Part shown: positions 1 through 10,040 of the stretch, in pieces
Layout: each line of letters starts with the position of its first letter
How positions within the stretch are numbered: the first letter of the stretch is position 1
Position numbers and translations under genes: made by a program
Origin: Methanocella sp. PtaU1.Bin125
Lineage (GTDB): Archaea; Halobacteriota; Methanocellia; Methanocellales; Methanocellaceae
Direction of reading: 5' to 3'
Length of the DNA: 64,000 nt
Assembly (NCBI GenBank): GCA_002067315.1
Contig: MVRA01000187.1
Coordinates: forward strand, 577-64,576
The notes under the pieces: model-generated
What the model saw: only the letters and a program-made list of their open reading frames with translations
The model's database searches: none
Told to the model about the DNA's origin: nothing

Positions 1-12
1 TTAAATGTGTCA

Positions 13-1536
13 TTATAGTGCCTGAACGACAGGCAGTTCCACGATAAATTTACTGCCTTTCGTATGGTCGCCGGGCACCCGGTCTTCCACCCATATCCGG
101 CCGCTGTAACTCTCCACGAGCGACTTGACCAGGTACAGGCCGATGCCGGAGCCTTTCGCGTCCTTCGTGCCCCGCAGGATGCGGTTGAAAATTTTTCCCT
201 TGAAATCGTCAGCGACACCCGGCCCGTTGTCCTCTACCGCCACCCGGCATAGTGAACGGCCGTTATCCTTCATCGTATCCATCTGAATCGAGATGACGGT
301 GTTCTCCCGGGTATGCTTGATCGCGTTACTGACCAGATTGGCAAAGACGTCGTACAACAATTCGTTTCCCCGGACCGTGCAGTTCACGGGCCCGTTCAGG
401 TTCAGCATGACGTTCTTACGGGGCACTGACCCGAACTCTCTTTGTACGTCCTGTAGTACGCTGGCCACATCCACCGGCTCGAACTTGAAAACACCGTTGT
501 TGAGCCTCTGCATCTTCCTCACGTTAGCGATCAGGCGGGCGCTCCGCTGCAGCACTTCGATGGGCCTGTCGAGCAGCTCCCGCTTGCTTTCGTCCTCCTG
601 CATGGCCTTTGCCAGTTCGAGATACCCCAGCGCGATCTGGTGCATGTTACTGATGTCGTGGCCCATCAGGTCGAGGTACAGCTCGGCCTGCTGCTTTGCC
701 TTGCTCAGCGCTTCCTCTGCCTGCTTGCGCTCCGTGATGTCGATGTCCATTTCGAGGATCATCGGCGTGCCGTCGACGTCGATGAACGGGAAGTCGTACG
801 CCTCGATCATACTGCCGCCGGGGCCGGTGACTTCCCACCGGTGGGGCTTGCCGGTCTTAAAAACTTCGAAAGCTTCGCAGAACTCACAGGGGGCTGTCAA
901 TCCGAAACAATATTCATAGCAGCGCCGTCCGCGGGACTCGCCAAACCGTTCCCGGAAGCTGCGGTTGGCGAAGGCGACGTGATGATCCCGGGTCAGCAGG
1001 CAGATCATCGCGGGCAGGTTCTCGAGGATATCCAGGAGCCGCCGCCGCTCCCGGTCTACGGCTTCGGTGACCTTGCGACGCGCTTCGATATCCCGCAGCG
1101 CTTCTTCCGCCTTCTTTCTCTCCGATATATCCGTAATGAACGAGTAGTAGAACAGGATCCTGCCGTCGGAATCGAACGCGGGGTGTACCAGAAGCTCGAT
1201 GGGGACCCGGGTGCCATCCTTGCGGTTGTATTCTTTCTCATACCTGTGCGGCTTTAAGGTTTTCCGGATGACTTCGAGCGCGCGGGCCTCGCCATCTCTC
1301 CACTCCTCAGGGGTCAGATCGGCAGACCATGAAACTCCTTTAAGAAGCTCGTCTTTAGTATAACCTGTTAAGTCACAATAAGCTTTATTACAGAGGGCCA
1401 GACGGCCGTCGGGATATCCGGCCGCGAAGGGCTGGGAAGTCGATTCCATCGAGTCGGAGAGGAATCTAACCTTCTCGATCCATATATCGAGCTCATTCGT
1501 CCCGGCGTTCCGGTCAGGCCTGACCTTTTTTACCAT
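13..1536 (-). CDS. PAS-domain sensor histidine kinase
   Basis: 507-aa ORF. Repeated PAS-like segments (e.g. DITERKKAEEAL, DITERKQAEEAL junctions), an H-box (LMGHDISNMHQ) and HATPase motifs (EDNGPGV, GSGIGLYLV). Confidence 0.85.
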   Translation of the reverse strand: MVKKVRPDRNAGTNELDIWIEKVRFLSDSMESTSQPFAAGYPDGRLALCNKAYCDLTGYTKDELLKGVSWSADLTPEEWRDGEARALEVIRKTLKPHRYEKEYNRKDGTRVPIELLVHPAFDSDGRILFYYSFITDISERKKAEEALRDIEARRKVTEAVDRERRRLLDILENLPAMICLLTRDHHVAFANRSFRERFGESRGRRCYEYCFGLTAPCEFCEAFEVFKTGKPHRWEVTGPGGSMIEAYDFPFIDVDGTPMILEMDIDITERKQAEEALSKAKQQAELYLDLMGHDISNMHQIALGYLELAKAMQEDESKRELLDRPIEVLQRSARLIANVRKMQRLNNGVFKFEPVDVASVLQDVQREFGSVPRKNVMLNLNGPVNCTVRGNELLYDVFANLVSNAIKHTRENTVISIQMDTMKDNGRSLCRVAVEDNGPGVADDFKGKIFNRILRGTKDAKGSGIGLYLVKSLVESYSGRIWVEDRVPGDHTKGSKFIVELPVVQAL

Positions 1537-1757
1537 ATGCCCTCGTCCGCGACTGATTACAGATAGTAAGCCCTTAGTCTTTATAGTATTTATGATAATA
1601 TTTATGAAATAAAACTCTGTGTTCCTTATAAAAATCTTTTCCGGGAATGTCTCCTTACCGGTTATCGCAGAAATAAGCTCTGCCGAAAATGGCCCGCCGC
1701 GTACAGGGCAAAGTATTTATCGCCCGCAGACGCCCCTTTCATACTGGTGGTCGCCCC

Positions 1758-2312
1758 ATGAGCCGTAAAATCCTGAGAATTTTTCTCATCATCTTTACGC
1801 TGTTCGCGTGCGCCGTAGCGCCTTTGCAGGCGCAGACACCGACGCCTCTACCGGGCGAGGTCGACCTGGGCAACGCGAAAGGCACTATAATGACGCTGTA
1901 TTACTATGACTTCGCGACGGGAGGGAAGGGTGACATCGTGCCGCTGCCGGATAACCAGAACCCCCAGGAGGTCCAGTGGGACTATAACAAAGCGGCCCCC
2001 GGGACGTACACGTTCTACAAGGTCCCGTTCGGCATCTACTACCTGGAGGCGGTGCACGGCAATAACTCCTTCTTCGCCATCGTCAACGTGACCGAAGGCA
2101 CGGCCACGGCCAACGTCGCGATACCGCCGAACGCCACGGACTGGAAGCCTGTCGCGACACCGACGCCGCAGCCGACACCGGCCCCGACGGCTTGGACCTC
2201 GCCCACGCCTCTCCCGACCTCGTTGCCGACGCCCTCCCCGGGCATGACCAGCCTCTGCGCGCTGGCCGGGCTGACGATTGTCGCTGTCTATGTCGTGACG
2301 AAAAAGAAATAG
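1758..2312 (+). CDS. Secreted Pro/Thr-rich surface protein with C-terminal membrane anchor (PGF-CTERM-like tail is possible)
   Basis: ATG at 1758 gives a signal peptide (MSRKILRIFLIIFTLFACAVAPLQA). PT-rich linker, then C-terminal PGM-hydrophobic-KKK tail. The upstream part of the track ORF (from 1689) looks like non-coding extension. Confidence 0.6.
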   Translation: MSRKILRIFLIIFTLFACAVAPLQAQTPTPLPGEVDLGNAKGTIMTLYYYDFATGGKGDIVPLPDNQNPQEVQWDYNKAAPGTYTFYKVPFGIYYLEAVHGNNSFFAIVNVTEGTATANVAIPPNATDWKPVATPTPQPTPAPTAWTSPTPLPTSLPTPSPGMTSLCALAGLTIVAVYVVTKKK

Positions 2313-2350
2313 GGGCAACGGGCAAGCGACATGTTGCCCGGTGTTTTACT

Positions 2351-4354
2351 TTATCTGTTCAGCCAGCTGATCGGGAACTGGAAGGGTAGCGTAATGTAGC
2401 CCAGCTTGTTCAGCGCGATCACGCCGACTGTCACGACCAGAATGACGAGGACCGCGATGATGATGTAGTCGACGAGGTGGGACCGCTTCGCCACCGGCTG
2501 CTCAATGACTGGCTCCACGACCGGCTTCGGCTCCTCGGGGGCCGGGGGTTTGAGGCTCTTCAGCATCTGGTCGACGACCGCCTCGATCTGCGGCAGGCCG
2601 TTCTTGCCGATCATCAGGATCTTGTAGTACAGGTCCGACTTTTCTTCGTCGGAGACCTTCATCCGGAGCGCGATGTTGCGCAGGCAGGACTCGGCGATAC
2701 GGTAATCGGCGTATGCCCCGGTGTCGATCTTCGCCATCTCGGTGGCGAGGCGCAGCGCCTGCGCGGTGGCGTCGTCGTCGCCGGAAGCCCCGAGCCGCTC
2801 GATCAGCGTGGTGACCCTGGCCTGCACGATCTCGACGTCGGAGTGCAGCTTTGCGATCTCCTTCTGGCTCAGCCGCTTGCCCTCTTCCTTCGGCAGCGTC
2901 TCTTCGGGCAGGAAGCGCTCGATGGACAGGCACAGCCCGGCATAGTCGCTGAACCTGCCGGCGAAGCTGAAGTTCCGGTCGCTGTAAGCGCTTCGGAGCA
3001 CGTTGAGGATGTCCTTGGTCACGAGCATGATCTCTTTCTTATGCTCCGCCTTCTCCGCGTCCTTCTTCAGGTCGGCGAAGTCCTTCTCGATGTAGTTCAT
3101 GATCTCCGGCGACTTGGAGGTCATCAGCTTCAGGTATGAGCTAAAGAAGAGCCGGTATGCGCGGGCCGCCATGTTGTCCTGCTCGATGAGCGACAGGTCG
3201 AAGCATTTCACGGCGATCGCGGCGTTCCCGGTGAACTGCTCTTTCGGCATCGCGAGCGACCGGGCGATGTAAATCTTGCCCAGGCCCAGCAGCGTTTCAC
3301 TATTCAGAAGCATGTGCGGCTTCAGCTGCTCGCCGAGCGAGTCCAGGAATTGCCCGACGTTCTTGCTATCAGCGATCTTATAGTAAACCCGGGGCACGAG
3401 GTTCGCCAGGCTGATGGTAGTCCAGGCCCGGACGCTGTCGTCCTTCGTCGTCCCGTAGATCGAGTACAGCGGGGCAAACGAGGCTTTAGTGCCCGCCATG
3501 CCGAGCGCGAAAATGACCTCTTCTGCCGATTTCTGGCCCCTCGACTCCAGGGTCTTCAGCAGCGGCACCTCGGCGTCCTCGCCGATGTTGCCCAGCGTGT
3601 AAGCAGCAATCCACCGGATGTCCCGGTCGTTGTTCTCCAGCAGCTTCAGCAGCTCGGGGATCGCCGGCCGGCCGATCTTGATCAGCGCGTCGCTGATCCG
3701 CGACCGTATCTCGACGTTCGCCGGCGCGATGTGGGCCGCCAGGGGTGGGACCGCCCGCTCGTCGCCGATCCGGCCCAGCGTGTAGATCGCGTTGACCTGC
3801 ACCCGGGCGTCCGGGTCGTCCAGGCTTTTGACCAGCGGCTCGACGGTGATGTTGCCGATCTCGTAGAGCGCGTTGATCGCCTGCACGTCCAGGTCGTTCC
3901 ACGTGTAGAGCTGCCGGCTCCGGAACCGCTGGATGAGGGCCTCGATCGCCTTCACGTCGGCCTTCTGCCGGATCTCGTTGGCCGCGAACCGGACCATGGC
4001 CAGGTTGTCGCTGGAGATCAGCAGCTCGACGAGCTGCGGAGAGGCTTTGGCGTAGTCTATCTGGCGGTAGCCCCAGAGCGCGTAAGACTGGACCTCGGCG
4101 TCGGTGTCCGAGACGGCGTGGCGGATCAGCGGGATGACGGCCAGCGGGCTCTTCGTCTTGCCCAGCGCGATGGCGGCGTTCGTGCGTACCAGCCGGTCCG
4201 GATCGTTCAGCGCCTCGCTCAGAGCCTGCACGTATTCGTCCTTCGGGGCCTCCTGCACGGCCCGGATGGCGCCGATCCTGGTCAACAGGTCGGTGCTCTT
4301 GAGCGCTTCGTTCAATCTCTGCTGGTTCCAGCTCGCACTTGGATATTCCGCCAC
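2351..4354 (-). CDS. HEAT/PBS-lyase-repeat protein with C-terminal transmembrane segment
   Basis: 667-aa ORF. Multiple D.D..VR..A..ALG-type HEAT-like repeats in the N-terminal half. Hydrophobic helix (IIIAVLVILVVTVGVIAL) near the C-terminus. Confidence 0.75.
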   Translation of the reverse strand: MAEYPSASWNQQRLNEALKSTDLLTRIGAIRAVQEAPKDEYVQALSEALNDPDRLVRTNAAIALGKTKSPLAVIPLIRHAVSDTDAEVQSYALWGYRQIDYAKASPQLVELLISSDNLAMVRFAANEIRQKADVKAIEALIQRFRSRQLYTWNDLDVQAINALYEIGNITVEPLVKSLDDPDARVQVNAIYTLGRIGDERAVPPLAAHIAPANVEIRSRISDALIKIGRPAIPELLKLLENNDRDIRWIAAYTLGNIGEDAEVPLLKTLESRGQKSAEEVIFALGMAGTKASFAPLYSIYGTTKDDSVRAWTTISLANLVPRVYYKIADSKNVGQFLDSLGEQLKPHMLLNSETLLGLGKIYIARSLAMPKEQFTGNAAIAVKCFDLSLIEQDNMAARAYRLFFSSYLKLMTSKSPEIMNYIEKDFADLKKDAEKAEHKKEIMLVTKDILNVLRSAYSDRNFSFAGRFSDYAGLCLSIERFLPEETLPKEEGKRLSQKEIAKLHSDVEIVQARVTTLIERLGASGDDDATAQALRLATEMAKIDTGAYADYRIAESCLRNIALRMKVSDEEKSDLYYKILMIGKNGLPQIEAVVDQMLKSLKPPAPEEPKPVVEPVIEQPVAKRSHLVDYIIIAVLVILVVTVGVIALNKLGYITLPFQFPISWLNR

Positions 4355-4599
4355 TTCATCACCACACTATGAACGCAAAGGCACAGCCGGCACGTCGCTA
4401 TCGGCTGACAGCTATACCGCTTTGTATAGTTGCTTTTATAAGTATTAATATTTGTTCTCCCCGGTAAATGCAAAATAACCACCGATCGCTCGATACAGGG
4501 CAGTAAAAATCGATTCCGGCCCGTTTGCCCGGGGAACGGATCATCCCGGCATCGAAAGCGGGCGGAAAATCCGCGTGAGCCGGGGCCATTCGAACCCGG

Positions 4600-6738
4600 T
4601 CATTGATCGGCGTCTGCCGGACCGGCGGCGTTTAGCTTTTTCATGACCTCGTCCAGCGATCGCTTTGCGCTTTCCAGTTCCCGGCTCAGGTGGTCGACAC
4701 GTTTCTGCAGCTCGACCGCTTCTTCGAATAACCCGTCGTTCGCTTTATTAGCTTCGGGCTTCGCGGTCGCCTGCCTGACCGCGGTCTCAAACGTGCGGAA
4801 TGCGCGCTCTTCCCGGCCGTTTCCTGCCATGACAGCGTCCAGCGAGGCCTGTGTCGCCTGCGCGGTATGCGAAGCCTGCAGGGCCGGCGAAGCCTGTGAT
4901 GCCGGCCGATCAGCCTTTTTAATCCCTTCGGCGTCGACATATTGCCTGATCGCGGCGATGAACTCCCCGCCGAAGCGCTCCAGCTTCGTCCGGCCGACGC
5001 CGGGGACCTTGGCGAAGTCCTCGTCGGAGCACGGGTATGTCCTCGCCATCTCCTTAAGCGCGGTGTCGTGGAATACGACGTATGGCGGCCAGCCGTTAGC
5101 GTCGGCGATGCGCTTCCGGGCGTCCCTCAAGATCTGGAACAGCCGGGTGTCGTATTTACCATCGGCCTTCACCGTCACAGTGACCTGCTCTTCGGCTGGC
5201 TTTGTCAGGAGTACTTGCGCGGTATTATCGACGATCTCCATGCATTTCTCGTTCAGCACGACGACCGGGTACTTGTCGCCCGCGATGGAGAGATATCCCA
5301 GCCGGACCAGCTCCTTGATAAACGTGATCCATTGCGTCTTCGAGTACGGCTTGCCGGTGTTGTAGGCCGGGTTCCGGTCGTGGTGGTGCTCCAGTATCTT
5401 CCTGCTCGCCGAGCCGCAGATGACGTCGGCGATGTGGCTGACGCCGAACCTGCCCTGCAGGCTCGAGACGCAGGTGACGATCTTTTTAGCGATCTCGCTG
5501 CCGTCGATAGTGTCCCGCGGGTTCAGGCAGTTGTCGCAGCCGCCGCACCCGTTGCTCCGGGCAACGGCCTCGTCGTACGCCTCCCCGAAATACCTGAGCA
5601 GAAAAGAACGCCGGCAGAGGCGGGTCTCGCAGTAGTCCATCATGGCCCGCCACTTTTTCACCGCCACGCTGTTGAGCCGCTCGTCGTCGTACTCGTGTTC
5701 GATCAGGCTCTTGAGCTTCATGGCATCGGCGGCAGAATAGAACAGGATGCAGTCGCTGGGCTCGCCGTCTCTCCCGGCCCGGCCGGTCTCCTGGTAGTAG
5801 GACTCCAGGTTCTTGGGCATGTCATAGTGGATGACGTACCGGACGTCCGGCTTGTCGATGCCCATGCCGAAGGCGACGGTGGCGCAGATCACGTCCACGT
5901 TGTCCTTGACGAACTTCTCCTGGGTGGACGACCGGACAGGGTCCGACAGGTCGGCATGGTAAGGGAGCGCGCGAATGCCGGCTTTCTGCAATTTATCGGC
6001 GATCTCTTCCGTGGTCCGCTTCTGCAGGCAGTAGATGATGCCCGACATCCCGCGGTGGCTACAGACGTAGCCGATGATCTGTGGCAGCGCGCCCTTTTTG
6101 TCCATGATCCGGTAGGACAGGTTTTTGCGGTTGAAGCTGCCGATGTATCGCTTCGGGGACGCCAGCTTGAGCTGGTTGACAATGTCCTCTCGCACCTCCG
6201 GAATCGCCGACGCGGTCAGGGCGATCATGGGGATGCCCGGGAAACGGGCCTTCAGCGTCGACAGCTTCCGGTACTCCGGCCGGAACTGGTGGCCCCACAT
6301 CGAGATGCAATGGGCCTCGTCCACGGCGATCAGCCTGACATCGAGCTTGCCGAGGAACTGTAAAAACGTCTCCTGTGTGACCTTTTCCGGGGATATGTAC
6401 AGGACGCGGATGACGCCGGCCAGCAGGTCCCGCTCGATGGACCGGATCTCGTGGATGCTCATCGAGCTGTTCAGCGTCGCCGCCGGTATCCCGTTGGCCA
6501 CCAGGTCGTCCACCTGATCTTTCATCAGCGAGATGAGCGGCGAAACGACGATGGTGACGCCGCCCGAGAGGAGCGCGGGCAGCTGGTAGCACAGGGACTT
6601 GCCTCCTCCGGTGGCGATGATGGCCAGTACGTCGTGCCCGCCGGCGATGTCGGTGATGATCTCTTCCTGGAACGGCCGGAACGTCCTGTAGCCAAAATGT
6701 TGCTCTAACGTGTCGTACAATAGCTTCCTGTCGATCAT
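4600..6738 (-). CDS. recQ: ATP-dependent DNA helicase RecQ
   Basis: Walker A (TGGGKSLCYQLPA), DEAH box (DEAHCISMWGHQFRPEY), RecQ-Ct Zn-binding Cys cluster and an HRDC-like region (LFQILRDARKRIADANGWPPYVVFHDTAL). Confidence 0.9.
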   Translation of the reverse strand: MIDRKLLYDTLEQHFGYRTFRPFQEEIITDIAGGHDVLAIIATGGGKSLCYQLPALLSGGVTIVVSPLISLMKDQVDDLVANGIPAATLNSSMSIHEIRSIERDLLAGVIRVLYISPEKVTQETFLQFLGKLDVRLIAVDEAHCISMWGHQFRPEYRKLSTLKARFPGIPMIALTASAIPEVREDIVNQLKLASPKRYIGSFNRKNLSYRIMDKKGALPQIIGYVCSHRGMSGIIYCLQKRTTEEIADKLQKAGIRALPYHADLSDPVRSSTQEKFVKDNVDVICATVAFGMGIDKPDVRYVIHYDMPKNLESYYQETGRAGRDGEPSDCILFYSAADAMKLKSLIEHEYDDERLNSVAVKKWRAMMDYCETRLCRRSFLLRYFGEAYDEAVARSNGCGGCDNCLNPRDTIDGSEIAKKIVTCVSSLQGRFGVSHIADVICGSASRKILEHHHDRNPAYNTGKPYSKTQWITFIKELVRLGYLSIAGDKYPVVVLNEKCMEIVDNTAQVLLTKPAEEQVTVTVKADGKYDTRLFQILRDARKRIADANGWPPYVVFHDTALKEMARTYPCSDEDFAKVPGVGRTKLERFGGEFIAAIRQYVDAEGIKKADRPASQASPALQASHTAQATQASLDAVMAGNGREERAFRTFETAVRQATAKPEANKANDGLFEEAVELQKRVDHLSRELESAKRSLDEVMKKLNAAGPADADQ

Positions 6739-6952
6739 TCCGGCGTGCCCCGCGCATTAGAGTATAGTCACGCATGTTATAAGCCATGATCGATAGCTGG
6801 TTGAAAGTATTATCCGGCGGCGCGGGACCGGCATCGTACCCAGCTCGTCCTGTGATGTCATGATACTGTCATGGCATGCCGGATTATAATCCGGCTTGTA
6901 TAATTAGCGCCCGCGCTTCCTGCCGACAAGTTTATTTTAGAACAGCGTTATT

Positions 6953-7213
6953 GTGTTGTTACTCGATCGCGGTGATCACTTGAAGAGCTTACGCATAAGC
7001 GAAAAAATCATCAGTTTTATCAAGGAGCAGAAGCGGGACTACCGGGTGTGCACGTCCTGCGGCGGCGCCATACTGCTGCCCACCGCCATCAAGCGCCCTA
7101 AGCCTAACGATATCAAGATACCCGTCGGAGACAACTTCCTCTATGTCTCGGCTACACAGGCCCGATATATCGACGAAGTCGACGATAGTATGCTGATGAC
7201 CTACATGTACTAA
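6953..7213 (+). CDS. Small conserved-looking hypothetical protein (CxxC motif)
   Basis: 86-aa ORF with GTG start. CTSCGG motif. Coding-like composition, no family recognised. Confidence 0.4.
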   Translation: MLLLDRGDHLKSLRISEKIISFIKEQKRDYRVCTSCGGAILLPTAIKRPKPNDIKIPVGDNFLYVSATQARYIDEVDDSMLMTYMY

Positions 7214-7254
7214 TTCTATATACTCGGTCATCGACATTAATGCAGGCATAATTC

Positions 7255-7674
7255 ATGGATTTCAAGTACCTCGAACACACGGCCGACGCGGAGTTCGTCG
7301 CGTACGGGCGCACGATGGACGAGGCCTTCGTCAACGCAGCGCGGGCCATGTGCGGGCTCATCGTGGACCCGGCGAAGGTCGGGGCTTCCGAAGCCAGGGA
7401 GATCAGCCTGACCGCCGGCGCGCCGGAAGACCTGCTGTACGACTGGCTTTCCGAGCTGCTGTACCTGGCGGAGGTCGATTACCTCGTGTTCTCGCAGTTC
7501 GAGGTAAAGATCACGAAGAGCGACGGGGAGTACTCTCTGCAGGGCCGGGCATCCGGCGAGAAAGTCCGCCCGGACCACGGGGTATCGCTGCACATCAAGG
7601 CGGTTACGTACCACGATCTCCGGGTGGAAAAAAGAGATAATTATTATGAGGCTCAAGTATTACTGGACATCTGA
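7255..7674 (+). CDS. Archease (RtcB activator)
   Basis: N-terminus MDFKYLEHTADAEFVAYG and C-terminal KAVTYH motif are typical archease signatures. Lies immediately upstream of rtcB. Confidence 0.9.
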   Translation: MDFKYLEHTADAEFVAYGRTMDEAFVNAARAMCGLIVDPAKVGASEAREISLTAGAPEDLLYDWLSELLYLAEVDYLVFSQFEVKITKSDGEYSLQGRASGEKVRPDHGVSLHIKAVTYHDLRVEKRDNYYEAQVLLDI

Positions 7675-7685
7675 GGCGGTCGATC

Positions 7686-9125
7686 ATGGCGAATCTTAAC
7701 GTTACGAAGGTCAGCGAGGACATCTACGAGGTGCCGCAGGCGGCGAAGCCGGGCATGAACGTGCCGGGGCGGATATTCCTGTCCGACCGGCTTATCCAGG
7801 GCCTGGAATCCGGCGCGGTCGAGCAGGTGGCGAACATGGCCACGCTGCCCGGCATACAGAAGTACGCCATGGCGATGCCGGACGTCCACATCGGCTACGG
7901 GTTCCCGATCGGCGGCGTGGGCGCCTTCGACATGGAGAAGGGCGTGATCAGCCCCGGCGGCGTGGGCTTCGACATCAACTGCGGCGTGCGGCTGCTGCGA
8001 TCGGAGCTGCGCCACGAGGATATCGCCGGGAAGACGAACGCGATCATCGACCTGCTGTATAAAGAGGTCCCCTCGGGCGTCGGCTCCGAGTCGTCCAAGC
8101 TGCGGGTGAACGACGCAGTCCTGACGGAAGTCTTCAACCACGGCGCCCGTTGGGCCGTGGAGAACGGCTACGGCGTGAAGGAAGACCTGGAGCACTGCGA
8201 GGAGAACGGCGACATGAAGGGCGCCGACGCCTCGAAGGTGAGCCAGAAAGCCCGGGCCCGGGGCAAGCCCCAGCTCGGCACGCTGGGCAGCGGCAACCAC
8301 TTCCTCGAGATCCAGGTCGTCGAGAAAATTTACGACTCTGTCGCCGCGAAGGCGTTCGGCCTGGAGGAAGGCCAGGTGACCGTCATGATCCACTGCGGCT
8401 CCCGCGGCGCCGGCCACCAGATCTGCACCGACTACGTCCGCGTCATGGAGCAGGCCGCCCGGAAGTACGGCATCAAGCTGTACGACAGGCAGCTCGCCTG
8501 CGCCCCCCTGACCTCGAAGGAGGCGCAGGACTACTACGGCGCGATGGCCGCCGGCGCCAACTACGCCTGGGCCAACCGCCACGTCATCGCCCACTGGGTC
8601 CGGCAGGCGTTCGGCAAGTTCTACGGCCGCGACCTGAAGATGGACCTGGTCTACGACGTCGCCCACAACGTGGCCAAGTACGAGGAGCACGACGTCGACG
8701 GCGAGAAGAAGACGCTGTGCGTCCACCGCAAGGGCGCCACGCGGGCGTTCGCCCCCGGCCGGAAGGAAGTCCCGGCGGCGTACCGCGACGCGGGCCAGCC
8801 GGTGATCATCCCCGGCAGCATGGGCAGCGCCTCGTACGTCCTCGTCGGCACGCAGAAAGCGATGGAGACCACGTTCGGCAGCACCTGCCACGGCGCCGGC
8901 CGCGTCATGAGCCGCAGCGCGGCGCTCAAGGACGTCCGCGGCGCCGAGATCCAGAAAGAGCTGGCGCAGCGCGGCATCACCGTCGTGGCCCCGAATCCAC
9001 GGGCTATAGCGGAAGAGGCCCCCGAGGTCTACAAGGACATCGACGCGGTGGTCGACGTGGTCGACCGGCTGGGTATCTCGAAGAAAGTGGCCCGGCTCGT
9101 GCCGCTCGCGGTGGCAAAAGGATAA
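7686..9125 (+). CDS. rtcB: RNA-splicing ligase RtcB (3'-phosphate/5'-hydroxyl RNA ligase)
   Basis: 479-aa ORF with RtcB hallmarks (PDVHIGYGFPIGGV, GFDINCGVR, GSGNHFLE, HCGSRGAGHQ, CHGAGR). Confidence 0.95.
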   Translation: MANLNVTKVSEDIYEVPQAAKPGMNVPGRIFLSDRLIQGLESGAVEQVANMATLPGIQKYAMAMPDVHIGYGFPIGGVGAFDMEKGVISPGGVGFDINCGVRLLRSELRHEDIAGKTNAIIDLLYKEVPSGVGSESSKLRVNDAVLTEVFNHGARWAVENGYGVKEDLEHCEENGDMKGADASKVSQKARARGKPQLGTLGSGNHFLEIQVVEKIYDSVAAKAFGLEEGQVTVMIHCGSRGAGHQICTDYVRVMEQAARKYGIKLYDRQLACAPLTSKEAQDYYGAMAAGANYAWANRHVIAHWVRQAFGKFYGRDLKMDLVYDVAHNVAKYEEHDVDGEKKTLCVHRKGATRAFAPGRKEVPAAYRDAGQPVIIPGSMGSASYVLVGTQKAMETTFGSTCHGAGRVMSRSAALKDVRGAEIQKELAQRGITVVAPNPRAIAEEAPEVYKDIDAVVDVVDRLGISKKVARLVPLAVAKG

Positions 9126-9165
9126 CTAATTATTTTTTTTAATCCAATGGATACTCTTTAATTTT

Positions 9166-9280
9166 CTTGGCGCTCCTGGCTACCTGGCGCTCTTGGCGGG
9201 CGTGACATGGGTCGCATTGACATGATAAGGGATGTATCGCTCTTGTTGTACCGGCTATGCGACTCCTGTCACGCTCAACG
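9166..9280. repeat. CCTTGGCGC-family palindromic intergenic repeat (right arm truncated)
   Basis: CTTGGCGCTCCTGGCTACCTGGCGCTCTTGGCGGGCGTGAC...GTCGCAT ... ATGCGACTCCTGTCACGCTC. Homologous to the elements at 11290, 14132 and 47336. Confidence 0.8.
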
Positions 9281-9284
9281 TCTA

Positions 9285-9950
9285 TTAACGCATGGCGTGA
9301 GGCCGGTACCGCTCGCGGTATTTCTTTTCAGTGCTCGCGCGCTGGCTGACGATCTCTTCCCGGGTGTACCGGCACAGGGCGGTCTCCAGTCTGATCAGGT
9401 CGATATCGTGTTCCCTGGCATACTCCTTTAAATCGTCGATATCCAGGGTGTTCATCAGCTCCCGGACCCTCGGCGCAGGCTCGGGGTTCGCCTTCGGCCA
9501 GACCGCGCGCATGTCCCGGAGGAAAACGAACGCGGCAACCGGGTCCAGGCCTTTTCCGAGGCTCCTGACCCGGCGTTCGAGGTCTTTGCTGTCCTCGGAC
9601 ATATCGTACAGCCTGCTGAGCTTCCCGTCGTAACGTTTCAACAGGTCGCCGAAGGCGTCGACGATCTCGCCGGCAACGGTGGAGCCATAGCGCGTGTACC
9701 CGTTCTTCTCGAGGACCCTCATGATCTGCTCCCGCCCCGCCTCCTCGATGGCTGCGGGACTGACCTGGCCGCGGTGCTCCAGCGTCTCAAAAGAACCGAG
9801 GGCCGCCTCCTCCGGCAACGGCCGCGAGTAAAGTATAGCGGCGAGCAGCCACTTCGCGTATGCCGAATCCCCCTTGCTCAGGTCGATGGATAGCATCTCA
9901 GAGAGGGGCTTGCCGTATTTCTTGACCAGATTGCCGACGTCAACGCTCAT
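9285..9950 (-). CDS. Helix-hairpin-helix (endonuclease III-related-like) protein, paralog A
   Basis: 221-aa ORF. Clear paralog of 10566..11198 (shared blocks DGKLSRLY, DSKDLERR.R.LGKG, FLRDMR.VWPKA, AREH.IDL.RLETAL). The LGKG..PV....FLRDMR segment resembles HhH-GPD-type motifs. The family assignment is tentative. Confidence 0.6.
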   Translation of the reverse strand: MSVDVGNLVKKYGKPLSEMLSIDLSKGDSAYAKWLLAAILYSRPLPEEAALGSFETLEHRGQVSPAAIEEAGREQIMRVLEKNGYTRYGSTVAGEIVDAFGDLLKRYDGKLSRLYDMSEDSKDLERRVRSLGKGLDPVAAFVFLRDMRAVWPKANPEPAPRVRELMNTLDIDDLKEYAREHDIDLIRLETALCRYTREEIVSQRASTEKKYRERYRPHAMR

Positions 9951-10040
9951 CGATACTGGATGTCCCCGCCGGGCTAAAACGGTTACCTGCGTAAACTGCG
10001 CATAATCGGCTCATCCCGCTCTGTAGTTACAAACGGTAAA

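Noticed and set aside
7653-8891. 412-aa ORF antisense to rtcB
   Set aside because: It lies entirely within and opposite a gene with unmistakable RtcB motifs. Its Arg/Ala/Gly/Val-rich low-complexity translation is typical of shadow ORFs in GC-rich DNA.
7255-9125. Archease-RtcB adjacency as a novel system
   Set aside because: It is a well-established functional pair in archaeal tRNA splicing and RNA repair, and therefore ordinary.
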